NCBI GenBank assembly: GCA_918292005.1
Contig: CAKJZJ010000006.1
Location: forward strand, 6,598 to 70,597
Length of the DNA stretch: 64,000 bases
Reading direction: 5' to 3'
From: Clostridiales bacterium
Lineage (GTDB): Bacteria > Bacillota > Clostridia > Christensenellales > UBA1242
Positions 39,501 through 43,700 of the stretch are shown one piece after another. Below the pieces are notes generated by a model. The model made no database searches and was not told where the DNA came from. It was given only the letters and a program-made list of their open reading frames with translations. Made by a program: the position numbers and the translations under genes. How positions within the stretch are numbered: position 1 is the first letter of the stretch; the number at the start of each line of letters is the position of its first letter.

Positions 39501-40448
39501 CGAGATAAAGAAGCCACTCTTGAAACGGACAATAATAATACTAAATACATAAAGATCGTAAATGATTCAAGGCATTATTACAATTACACTTCATCTTCAG
39601 ATATGTATTCATCTAGAAATCCTAATAATGTAATGGGTAAGAGCAATAGGGAGTTCTACCCAGATTTCTCAAGTAAGTGTAAATATATCTACGATCAGAT
39701 AGATAGTAGGTATATGGATCTCAGTGAAGAACGTCAGAGAATACTGGAATTCATGATATATACATTTAGCAATATTTCTGCTACTGAGAATGATGGTAGA
39801 CGTACTAAATCCAATTCTAATTACAAATACAATGGCTATGATAACGACATAGATGTAGATGGTGATGGCGAAATTGACTATAGTATATTCAATCTATACT
39901 ACGATGATAATACTGACACATCGGGCAAAACCATTCTAGTAGAAGATGGGATACATTATTATATGGATGGTAGCAAGAATAAATATTGGTATATAAATGA
40001 TGTCGTAGATCATATTCGCGAAGGTGTAAGATTGCAAGCAAGTCAAAGTTTGTCTTATTCTAAGGCTGTTGGACTGAATGCCAATTGGTTGACAGATTGT
40101 TCTGGATTTATTAGAATAGCTTACTATTACCTAGGATATGGACTCGTTCTGCGTCCATTCCCAGATACTCAGGGTGTATATGATACTTGTGATAATATAG
40201 CAAATATTCTACCAGGTGATGTAATATTTGTTAATAGGCATGGTACAGAAGGACAGGGGTCTCACATACTGACATTTACATACTTTGATGGAGAATACTA
40301 TCATGTGATGGATGAGAGTCATCTAGATAGAAAGATGGAACTCCGTACTGATGAAAAGGGACATAAGTATTTAAGTTTCTTGTCAGGGGATACTAGGAAG
40401 TATTATGATTTCTCGACTCCAGAGCAACTTATGTCATATGCCAAATAA
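15483..40448 (+). CDS. Giant lipoprotein B (8321 aa): lipoprotein signal, Ig-like segments, many GLUG/beta-helix modules, two C-terminal NlpC/P60 (CHAP-like) domains
   Basis: Uninterrupted 25-kb ORF with its own promoter and terminator. N-terminus MKNWKKYLTLIIVMFVSLVGFFA-C24. Repeated VGGLVG/IGGIIG rungs and W-x-P-I-G..F-x-G-x-L-D-G caps. C-terminal TDCCGFIR..LPGDVI..HIL and TDCSGFIR..LPGDVI..HIL motifs. Confidence 0.9.
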   Translation: MKNWKKYLTLIIVMFVSLVGFFACKSKDVYAGLKIEIVGTSDNITEESDGVYAITLAENNEDNVFTLRVKVSGVNDSVSSSLDFSVDDPSLVYTVNSKQVGNNTTEASFRVNNSSANLSNSTIVHISSEGNKSISFQLKINIPIRDFVVRDNIIPVVRGEQTQLALSENYIDFYPSNTTYKDLKLTAIPISGMGGINDDDIERINDLIAQSGNSTLLIPEGTAVQSFILNLESKYNENISHSAIVNVLDRPDVTKFSLTQQKLHEEDYTLLETNNNENLLTLVINSDAYYNYHHAKVQLNYDGNANVFTNPVDRNYYKYDTDGHIVEFGSPTYSVYIKNHMTNNSVYVLDENGIMSKTSPNKIGALYNDGSIFGTNIVTAQKLDQASTFEFFQASRDGEYEVTFIIDYAGYEGMFRATEYTMKVQTKTFPSSIKLFRSKSELNDVQNVAEAEDLHDKQLTLYSNGLGTEIVVGVWGDSGYLSRQPVAVTVDDDNVDGVELLCGGKILSGDDNICNSGDLISVRKVGETNNTVTIKFTSTIYKDVVREYVFDVVKENTIITANNTEITLDPGAFNEHVNKTIQLVADEYLSVTGLPLVDGVIDYSVMTITVEGGINNKYISVPQYDEDVGDWIVNVYNSIGKTRITYRTPNGIEVTKELSIYYPISGDNAQFVKMQITNFENVRMPGKKFKFEATSTIQSTTETANKTKLLSGATYNYYYLLGDGADSEYVYTSLDGILSVARPTSSNENVITIDNASRSITVKGYSPDDVLLQFAYTTLYGAERVTIYICISVQIEKMIDSISVSKYLIDDMYDADTILPYAKDSDGVRYYDKYCVKELSVSFNPITATTSPTIEWIPLNSDGVPMVKPRNEDYYTFGTTGVKVYVDSTSINGESISFHVNGIPTDNKQTSFAMKMLVMVTQSFISSSGVKINNYVLSQTTDIVVHLAGRVKDISTKLFNNSITFDVRDMEFDATNEIYISNNESTFEYELTSKDYNNDAPVLDILNKDIAVYSSSDILHTIYNDNRINLKYLNSSADYISYPVYKVYVAANDSLTRELDGNFTIRDIYEYYSIVSVITVKIANGKSVPFEVDSYEDLLRIGKDEESMSANYVLTQNIYLKNHTWTPLGGYNSVYTGPFEGTLDGKFELTEGVYRQFGIYNLKINIDMSSVLPSDDQLREFNYGFFAEIGENGRVVNLNISDIYIRVTGFDSFQNGVYDNVGVIAGTNKGTIQNCTIDDGSVQYIDGKQKIQRRLNGVVVEERKDQFALNSSSSGEMRGIFYNTASMDTSSTITRAFVGGLVGKNESNILSSKAVTTIIARNIGSNKYLYVGGMVGFNIGSVENHSSFVPSSDNDSYDVVSIINPHMITSLTGAYDMYGGAIGINAGDIIGVTARTFVFGTGYVGGLVGYNVGRVESNITIPTLIGHKVTGGLIGKSSYGEDSILPNTLSGSNVIKSNKVQFIDFQDSDDRYSYFNTAIKGYGAIGGLIGEYYTRYNVNGQVFVFSENIDGEDTGVFAYNSVASYYNAPVVTATYSRDSQAGYYYGDIVSDSTSAIIGGLIGRADNGVLVVHSYVDVNISGDCTIGGIIGSAGGIVSLFNTVFNGSIVYRNDSTIKAGAFIGSVNDTFNTYGLDTLQQVIKLASGESVDSFFIYRDAADANPNTNNVSVVITDDSKYVNGLVISGAGETFTFGNFVYSYAIMRYRKDTVDVINGSVSSENGYINEYISNPNKIITPNNVATYVTIRLQDENNIIYGSEAIVTNYLAYNSFVVDGYASTDPINNANVLFGTNYANKIRIYIPGDHGAGVYIDVSTGGFTAHRTNVSSEYIGVYQSDENTESGYADGDRDELINYLKFAHTQINSGLPLPFAEGRVYYSDSKDFVDLIINLPPTTITIGGAESILDHSRTNDNVWTANEIGAHDNYVDLTPVENTIYFYGLDYNSGAFSYEYDNDGNVIIDFNNDGMYSYLDITYSEWLRNAIASKNIYSLSDTVGIAVWPPFLQKGMLVFESSNEDIAQIIIVNGQLSLQVKGVGSVTFLVYSAYNVDNKATFTINIVDAIEGFDFYTDMTYDQKVNAENITIIKNESTNQIIYVDFNGKFDHGNVYLNSYNKVDLLLDHQDNYGIRYFVMTDNSILFTGNTTCTSLRINGKSFSRMYLSGYGKEGYALYVDGKDSIAITGLEKQSNIKLLAVPYIIHSNGNITFMFDFSTNRPQDAISNNRLSRAKILTINVIDGTYAIKTTESQDITPLNTANIDVLVSTDDATNMLFFKVQYADPNLGTSARNVTVYSDINKINPAQTSHSQVTIYEADVNGYVNAVVGNTYYFDGMEMLLYSVEKLDANNEVTNIDDNIKSIVYHFAIGVGESHLFDEDLVKAYNFEFCTLSKVNSDTINYLKATTCVNVLRQEVNSSIIKHYSGVDQYVENIDAVYENTDYFESRTLVAGYPGMLQVNLFPQYSSIDYVEFTSNEINGYYIAMEQLVAVYDSSNTYFDGYYRAYTDTREIINNGRGIRVKKTSTMYTQNGQDIYSYNGTFYIRTVVPTITLGTTEFTITYKSYFKGVVQPEGSGEIKIIVVKNPAVTLDVVDDDNKTTKVGVATFGETMQLKYAAEREIEWNISAKDSNFEIDNVLRELSPVIVDGNTATISIKSISEIGGNYAQYVGKVVTISATVSMVVQGRLYYTTASVDLKLAVIKINAIKVNNVDENTLNFVGVYNQTYDLKVTVVATFDHAYDTSTNGSISSAITALEYDLSTSNRVFRWVSGDNEYTLETKPYVDFLIGKHNDYFTIKNNKKNPHSKFNAYAEFGHSIISSTGKSYEKFGLFLNPSTVNSNMIVRSKNQRFGMQFSRLSNEEYPEPIYTVDELINMEQGGYYILLNDLTLTDWRPLDTAIASLDGNGYVITIGSFFDTRIQKAQEDAAAAASDEEEQNKESEITIGLFSTISENTTIKNLIIEVLASRENETKDQQITINYDNVTNRVADHDIPIADYESVRFGLLAGENNGIVTNVVVTNNANAQRIERKSILASSNVIDNSVLNKETNRRTTTIYLNYGSITSTAVKNRIGGLVGVNNGFISNSSVNNITIKGLDCVAGFVAENTNTISSSYFDGGHVYAQVSAENTTTLGASAFVFNNTGKIYYSYATGRAVNQSNNFDVSNIDDFFGTSYTFKDPIRNLGSAVYSESGNVTGFVFTNSGVIEDSYSNILLFGNNVAGFVHTNSGVISNVYTLSSIRESNSNNHPFISLSNNNLTTNNSGTIKSAYYLRVDDKDINSTFNKTGHSDRYNIDETLQIALPISVAKLSSYSTFESFAFNANNDNPNDDVLPAIDEVVRSVWFYPHAEVTDTGYFRNKQYNKAAPELVSANLNNLSLKYYTSDNVFSVQESVYSGLLQTIPQIKIFRNDIDVDITEVSPARLCALTDKDRDSVLLDMRAYIDLSEVNSNIKARYANLNSTILDESVITLYNVNVYVSEDEYNTLNDDVNGISINAIKDIQSRILNMGIGENYAYIRVIYTLGDAPDQINNYEYSSVLENSRGISIEYGNSVLNPYLVKTSRDINVFIRQTDDEGSSLLEDGNNANYISKSYLRLINDVSYNKTDLTAKTFNIIFTGLLDGNGMQISNLRINASTTISSNAINKQIASNYSEDDYYELSGREYEISDNHVTINGVTYTVSNGKVLNGTVEFDEKYIIKDNKVQLIRSATSLGLFAKVTSGGTVKNIKVGVSEVYGTGVNFVGAIAGQAIDARLFNITLTQESNDTVIYGYNIVGGVVGRISGRSNVVNVTSELSVISNYHSEYNLFDPKTNINLNLGENGVNGYNMYIEPSRIGDVYTPSNFNVVSIAGGIAGVIDLTRSSDGSENTDGTDGYGLGKIRNTTVQNGFEIVGEIVGGLYGYIGHDTVVSLGKVFVDSNSKLNATRVAGGIAGVLRHEIARSYVSNIESTQAEIDQSISQIVTNTEQIYGDKINSSGAHEFYAGNPYFIGGLVGINLAGTIRDSYNRVDVINLNSCYAGGLIGLNYGGTLHSVYTTADVYAFYGIGGIVGLASKLVDAGTYNSIVSNEQNPKDLDYKFMLSNYDQVYGTFTDNGNLTLNVEGVVAMNLWTLEHLNTRRHHININVANCYIGTIVGKSTIGTPITTSEDRIFVETIYSIVTYTFDSINAYSSSSSKNTFNEFRLVPDIGNIAPYEWWNYDGSFVVDSNTGEYNTIQVDTSITITQNASKKYEIESGTYTYSGNIVEYKYDSNGNSDAKITITRNAHFSRIREYSSVVSLNEILSRIYIADSAKNIDSRLGASNVNDLENCESGEIHFDIGENKTLNDGKYTTQLIYDTNHWDESVWMGIGVNPSTHSKTDDYILPLHAIRLDDSDVNVYTYDDLLRVNHFPNRTYKLMNDIEVPDGAKPLASTGNPFTGKLVSNVTNNDHPEKYKIIMHSMSSGTSLGLFAAVKGATFSNFELIVTQPLTITTSINGATAAGALFGYGYSKGYTPVVIDNVKVTYSKTSHLCEFNNGSSVNDDGKIVTAGNNYSASYIGGLGGYVASVIMTNVTVEGTDISVAGYTDNDHNYNMFIGGLFGHAGIGGDISTPSDDVNIINPTITLGGVEFAAGGYDTLAVGGAFGRVVSTNTVNSNNISKFKLQYPVVSVDIRAHENIHTHKSEFVNFDTIGIGALAGIIEGLPAGITFQIASNSGEKLITKNGVNSGSVTVNNGGVYASSTTSGLGNISVGGVFGQIGSRDKGNVSLSNIQYDLASVTYNHSNSAHHLDSTMINSDVNVGTFAGSIISCNSSISNVIGETILNWTASEADSVTLNIGGAVGKVLSGTLDHVIISQNISSSAQVNLGEKTTANIGGLIGKYLGGLVGRSGYNGTISLVLDNNHNLNAELNVGGIAGYVNNYDAISQVFASGKIIVDDNTNNFEDIGISNVGGLVGCVYDNVHINDSYSSNTIDMLNKYGAVSGIIGRVIISNANAIINNVNDNISITDTYTISNIILTRTAHHMSGVGGIVGMAVSTDGYDVESYIIQDTAYYLAEFVVDNNSIGTGLSVEQMLFSGESFMANTSCWSVAANKYPILSWMNDGYGEYIDSRLQPETTGGIQAGKAYILTSPMTLGTLNNNDIYYNLGSAPDVNTLQINTIDKYSRVYGIRVGNASSSSGIIGTNNGKVTATQISSITAGNYIATNNGIDINPMISSVASGAKVYGTLDGYAVYASVNGLSGVFTGNGTGMVMLSVVKGNVNALNGLQVRDSYIDNGTQIQYYNNAGTKLALMSYEDATNVFNFDTGFDFYNDWIILPCSDTDSNAEKVNRHFGRVFLRWELKLSISELGHWYSEDIDIYSDNQTAYKNYVWNNYINAKDVFNSSNIVIRDNSVTIKTPAGLAYFAKAVNHGEYKDKNITVRISLESSQTSLDMGNKLFTPIGGALLLGHYNNNYFAGTFSNANITNLLILTNYNAGLFGTTAGSFGNITISNSLILTTSASLGALAGVVDRANGSTNGITVSHTALLHTMQNTEMAYVGGVIGELKLSTYNLYNISLSSGDAGLHIHNGTNVGGAIGYITDSNVDIGKIANTVDVFGQDAVGGIVGYIDDGCQGTSSVSIHVAETYSYASISSQSYAGGLIGYCASQIQFSVCYNNSAVDGEYSAGFVGKFDSDYIAFNDCYVTRGDVTDYNGDTNAKNYRNEAYTITNMNDSNITGTHISSFANVENVHAIVSFHQAYASFARLVASNSGSQIINLVNQGSVSYYKTFLFDISVSNDVEINDNNLNRINHYKLSETNNNIFDGWYSRWTRISQKNNNYPCLLFGSDVFWSSDIAPRLVSNSVYEVNSVEQLAYIAEQVNSGRDFYAGKTIRVVADELDFQKKLWNPIGINEINSFQGTMEFIGTGNGVTIINLTTNGYYDTSATTLDPLWDNVGLFGYTKNAKISGRSITFETYQLTDEEGSHILGAGNNIAALIGCATNTNIDFTGDITNNLSVQGCGSNIGGIIGLYQITGSSSSSYTFKLTGGMTNNGRISGDLTGKTMDSNYVAGVIGKIDTSRYANSVTIKAGTLANNGEVCQVYGYSAGVISYIDSSSNGLVVEVDNISSVSNIVGRDGWNYIGGLIAYANANLVIGHAELNNNNSEKIYISGSDKNTRENIGALLGYAKSVTISSVTLDSNTVEIAPRGKISDAQNNANIVNQEVAIGGLFGRVENDLTFNLSSDFTVDKIRFNWITDEVAATNKIDWNNVGGIVGKVGRLRIIVTGSDSRTITISDNNVKGMGYLGGFAGYVGEYQQSNLAAITLNNVNVTELPAGNKNDYAGSTTNELYFTSVGGVFGYISKSFKPVSTTIPPVEIYNITTNGGTITGVTKYIGGVFGRLNNAQLYNVYNNNTVLGDVVSAQFVGGVAGRVGRTAALDVNNGVIIEESYKNRSYLTSIYNTKTVTGSVRVGGLFGALYNADVERYSVYDVSEPESLRIGSVDGVNHANYMVGGVIGHASYVYIDNTSTLSDNSKYSFYGSLYGNNLVAGIIAYAQYTNIRSARVNTVDFKVTGENTDDSLVFSDGLPSAGGVVAYAVGLDTINYIDNIDVIVTEVTQIAYDTPFVRFGGVAGATDHMIINEVSANIDVSIQSGISQDNIRSIAFTMQNTSKNSNWYVNHYVFYSGISFISGDEGSNITLAMIYDYQSSLDAEPLDATFINMSNTAVYYKSGNGAGEGKVMYYDHGLAQGLKPIDDDIDVLGIFNESALWTVSYANSKYSLTFASDMQQRANRLEIADSANKKAGYDYVYVVDDNIIGVNDDNRFLYLYSAINKRYDVEGIEQTKILIDVKTNINNTKNTTDGSLWYQSPIGTYHYPIGKITIKGNGHSIRMGAKLIPGSRFGSDSVLYDNYGLFGQVNESLNITGLTINGSSALTIGDTHVTTSDVRDVQKSLGIISSRLTGQVGLTNVTINANIGISDSMYTAGIAGYVTDSAITMNGVTVNSNIFDEDNIGTNDNIYTAGLFAYLKENVDIVLISNESKYTGTLHGRNLAAGIVNHMDKSISIEAKNNSGDTIEDRLLINDGQIYAHVGVSLTSLAAGIAAQVVGPDILISNVQNGENATINAVTSAGVVGVIVGNQLEIRHSTVLGTIGSADNTQHASGFVSRVSLTTGTGAVELVFDECINHSAIYSQDAVVGGFVSYSSGLGSINYTFNNCLNKSNIDKLAIEDSIVGGLVGKLSNGDMITITDSQSVGSLKAQTVGSLIGYALIRDNMPNIYISNEMAEDDYTIEGAIAGGLIGCIKMLTPTANPNTHQNQLVIDPLFDDGAVIATSFATTSEHMSVVGTECAGGIVGKFIGSTGATFAFTDMTNNATVTSNTSAGGLVGSSSVVQLSFTNCCNTGTISADDNVGGIIGHTIQDDIVEISFENTTVSGNVTITDPDGYAGGVIGYTDNVKISGNVVVSAEINAPKNVGGVVGFGVNDLISIEALITSELSGEFVGGLVGIAGPMSISESSVSDAMISADADVGYAGGAIGMYHNNLGYEQNFTVENTTISNCFITGKYVAGLVGKLSGDTTMIIITNNTVSDITLTSTNGNGYAGGLIAKLVDQYICNIRGNTIHNIIFIATDNTTETFKTYYGVNDSIVNIFWYTDTLNYVTANPATGDSGYSYHTYATYGGGTETRSLSYGKFTAYGFVIGNNQNYDASNNLDTSYTVDMDSVINNVPISTDTYYTISIPGETVYNAPAVDLELVSNSPEYNLNVLQQNWWSTISQSSASAKMLYRITKVANDYSPIDVICANLQEQSPSKNVGFMAGVTEYSGSSPTYNSSASSMPLSYSSTGISNTHVELNGSSAEIYGKILSIYDSNGKTLSQDRKDITKWAMYTFVGIDGNNRNSSNSNFEYESQHVNFYTSDVSKCNNSYGGIRYYDWSGTGIRYYYINDIINAVRNGAKGGISNKDQAIAANAYWTTDCCGFIRMVYFALGCGVDDGNDSNTLHGNVVRNYPNGNIRRSINEVNGNFYDNILPGDVIYSVGYDVNHILMFTYYENGIYHFVDQSNRDKEATLETDNNNTKYIKIVNDSRHYYNYTSSSDMYSSRNPNNVMGKSNREFYPDFSSKCKYIYDQIDSRYMDLSEERQRILEFMIYTFSNISATENDGRRTKSNSNYKYNGYDNDIDVDGDGEIDYSIFNLYYDDNTDTSGKTILVEDGIHYYMDGSKNKYWYINDVVDHIREGVRLQASQSLSYSKAVGLNANWLTDCSGFIRIAYYYLGYGLVLRPFPDTQGVYDTCDNIANILPGDVIFVNRHGTEGQGSHILTFTYFDGEYYHVMDESHLDRKMELRTDEKGHKYLSFLSGDTRKYYDFSTPEQLMSYAK
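38890..39620 (+). other. NlpC/P60-CHAP-like domain 1 of giant protein B (Cys7920, His7987, Asp8003)
   Basis: WTTDCCGFIRMVY...NILPGDVIY...NHILMF...YHFVDQS matches the DCS/CG..PGD..H pattern of the NlpC/P60 superfamily. Confidence 0.75.
39660..40445 (+). other. NlpC/P60-CHAP-like domain 2 of giant protein B (Cys8206, His8261, Asp8277)
   Basis: WLTDCSGFIRIAY...NILPGDVIF...SHILTF...YHVMDES, with the same 16-residue His-to-Asp spacing as domain 1. Confidence 0.8.
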
Positions 40449-40449
40449 G

Positions 40450-40478
40450 AAAAAAGAAGGCAACTGCCTTCTTTTTTT
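40450..40478 (+). terminator. Intrinsic terminator after giant gene B
   Basis: AAAAAAGAAGGC-aact-GCCTTCTTTTTTT immediately after TAA. Confidence 0.9.
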
Positions 40479-40567
40479 GTGTTTATTGTGTGTTTTTACT
40501 GTGCATAATTTGATTATTTCGTTATAAAAAAAAACAACAATTCTTTAATATTTTTATAAAAAAAGAA

Positions 40568-40596
40568 TTGACACAGAAAAATATTTATGATAGAAT
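40568..40596 (+). promoter_or_regulatory. Sigma-A promoter of rpoBC
   Basis: TTGACA-N17-TAGAAT with an extended -10 TG. Confidence 0.8.
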
Positions 40597-40752
40597 CACA
40601 GATGCAAAGTATTGTTTATACGTGTGTAAACAATAGATTTGTAGGATATCTTATGTCATTAATATATACGAAAATGTATCTTTTGGCAAACGATTTTCTA
40701 CATGTTTTACAATTTAATAATTATCAAAATTGTTTCAAGGAGAATTAACCTA

Positions 40753-43700
40753 ATGTTAAATACTGCAGACATCAAAAAGGTAAAGTATGGCAACAATATC
40801 CGTTATACTTTCGGTAAATCAAAAGAAGCAGAGATGCCTTATTTGCTTGAAATCCAGAAGGATTCATATCAAAAATTTATTAAGGACGGAATAGGTGAAG
40901 CCTTGAGAGAATTTTCTCCTATCACAGACTATGCTGGTAAAGCAGAAGTCTATTTTTTAGGCTATACACTAGAAGATCATCCAAAGTTATCTAAGGCTGA
41001 GACCAAAAGAAAAGGTGGTCACTATAGCGTAGCACTCAAGGTAAATGTTAGACTAGTTATCAAAGAAACTGGCGAAGCTATTGAACAAGAAGTATATTTG
41101 GGTGATGTACCATACATGACTGAAGCAGGTACATTCATTTTTAATGGTATAGAAAGAGTTATAGTTTCTCAGATAGTTAGAAGCCCTAGTGTTTATTATT
41201 CCAAAAAGGTAGACAAGACTGGTAGAGATATCTATTCTTGTACTTTGAATCCTAAGAGGGGTAGTTGGCTAGAAATAGAGCAAAAAGAGAAAGAGCCTAA
41301 TCAGTTGAAAGTATGTTTGGATAAGGGTGGTAAAATTTCTCTTGGTATATTCCTAAAGTGTTTCGGATTGACTAGAGATATGATTCTTGATTGCTTTGGT
41401 GATGATGAAATCATGAAAGCAACATTGGATAAAGATGCTTACGAGACACAACATGATGCATTGATTGAATTGTCTAGAAAAACTAGACCTAGCGAAATTC
41501 CTAGTGCCGAGGCTACCAAACAATTTATTTTCTCACAATTCTTCAGCACACAATTCTACAATCTTGGTGAAGTAGGTAGGTTTAAAATTGATAAAAAACT
41601 TGCTCTTGCAAATAGATTGGTAGGTTTGACTGCTGCAGAAGATATCAAGGATAAAAAGAATGTTATCGTTGCTGCTGGTCAGGTTATTACTAAAGAACAG
41701 GCTTATCAGATTCAACATTGCGGTATTAATAGTGCTTGGGTGCTAGTTGATGGTAAGAGACATAAAATATATGGTAATAATAGAGTAAGACTAAGTGAAG
41801 TAATTAAATGTAATGAAAAAGAATTAGGTATTACTCAACAAGTTTATTATCCTGTACTTGCTGACATCTTGAAAGAATACAAAACTAAAGAAGAAAGAAT
41901 AGAGGCTATTAGAGCCAATGCAGAAAATCTAGTTGGTAGTACACTTACTATTGATGATATTTTGGCTACAGTTGGCTATTTCTTGGACTTAAATGCTGGT
42001 ATTGGCGAAATAGACAATATTGACCATCTATGCAATAGAAGAATCAAAGGTGCTGGTGAATTGCTCCAAGATGCATTCAGAAGTGGTATGAATAAACTAT
42101 CTAATGCAGTAAAAGAGACTTTGCAGTCACATGATTTGAATGATATTTCTCCTGCACAAGTAGTTAATGCTAGACCTATCAATCGTGCATTCAAAGACTT
42201 CCTTGCTAGCCACCAATTGAGCCAATTAATGGATGAAATGAATCCACTAAGTTCACTTGCACAGAAACGTAGACTTTCTGCCGTAGGTCCAGGTGGTATT
42301 AAAAAGGATAGAGCAACAGACGAAGTCAGAGATATTCACCATAGTCACTATGGTAGAATATGCGTTATTGAGACACCAGAAGGTGGCAATATCGGTCTTA
42401 TTAACTCACTGTCTAGTTTCGCTAGAGTAAATGAATATGGATTTATAGAGACTGCTTATAGGGTAGTAGATAAGGCTAAGGGTGTAGTTACCAATGAAGT
42501 AGTATACCTAATGGCTGATGAAGATGAAAATTGCTATATTGCACAGGCTATTGAGCCATTAAATCCAGACGGCAGTTTTGTAAATAAGAGAATTATTTGT
42601 AGATATAAAGATACAGTGCTAGAAGTAGATAGTTCTATGGTTGACTACGTAGATGTATCTCCTAGACAATTGATATCTGTACCTACATCACTTATACCAT
42701 TCCTAGAGAATGATGATACAGCGAGAGCCCTAATGGGTGCGAACATGCAACGTCAGGCAGTTCCACTAATTAGAACCGAAGCACCTATTGTTGGTACTGG
42801 TATGGAGCATAAGATTGCTCTGGACAACTGTGCAATAATCGTTGCTAAAAATAGTGGTACAGTATCTTATGTGGATTCCAATTCCATCGAAGTAGCACTA
42901 GATGACGGCTCTGTAGATAAATATGAATTAATTAAATTTTCCAAGACCAACCAAGAGTCTTGCGTCAATCAAAAACCTATTGTTAAAAAAGGTCAAAAAG
43001 TTAAAAAGGGAGAAACCCTTGCAGATGGTTATTCTACATCTGGTGGTGAATTATCTCTTGGTAAAAATATGCTCATAGCATTTATGAACTGGGAAGGTTA
43101 CAACTACGAAGATGCTATCCTATTATCCGAGAGATTGGTTAAAGAAGATGTATATACTTCTATTACTCTAAAGGAAGAAGAAGTAAAATGTAGAACAACC
43201 AAACTTGGTGATGAAGAATTCACTAGGGATATACCAAACTTGGGTGAAGATGCACTTAAAAATCTAGATGAAAATGGTATCATTAGAATCGGTGCAGAAG
43301 TAAAACCAGGGGATATATTGGTAGGTAAAGTTACACCTAAGGGTGAGACAGAGCCAACTCCAGAAGAAAGATTGCTTCGTGCTATATTTGGTGAGAAGGC
43401 TAGAGACGTAAAAGATACTTCATTACGTGTACCACATGGTATCAATGGTGTAGTAGTAGATATTCAGGTATTCTCTAGAAAGAATAAAGATGAATTAGAG
43501 ACCGGCGTAAATCAGATGGTTAGAGTAACCATTGCTCAAAAGAGAAAAATAAGTGTCGGCGATAAGATGGCTGGACGTCATGGTAACAAGGGTATTGTTT
43601 CTAGGATTTTGCCAGTAGAAGATATGCCATTTATGGCTAATGGTCAGCCTATTGATATCGTCCTAAATCCACTAGGTATTCCTAGCCGTATGAATGTAGG

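Noticed and set aside
38890-40445. Tandem tip units as a diversity-generating retroelement TR/VR pair
   Set aside because: Similarity is at protein level only, differences are not confined to adenines, and no reverse transcriptase is in the window.
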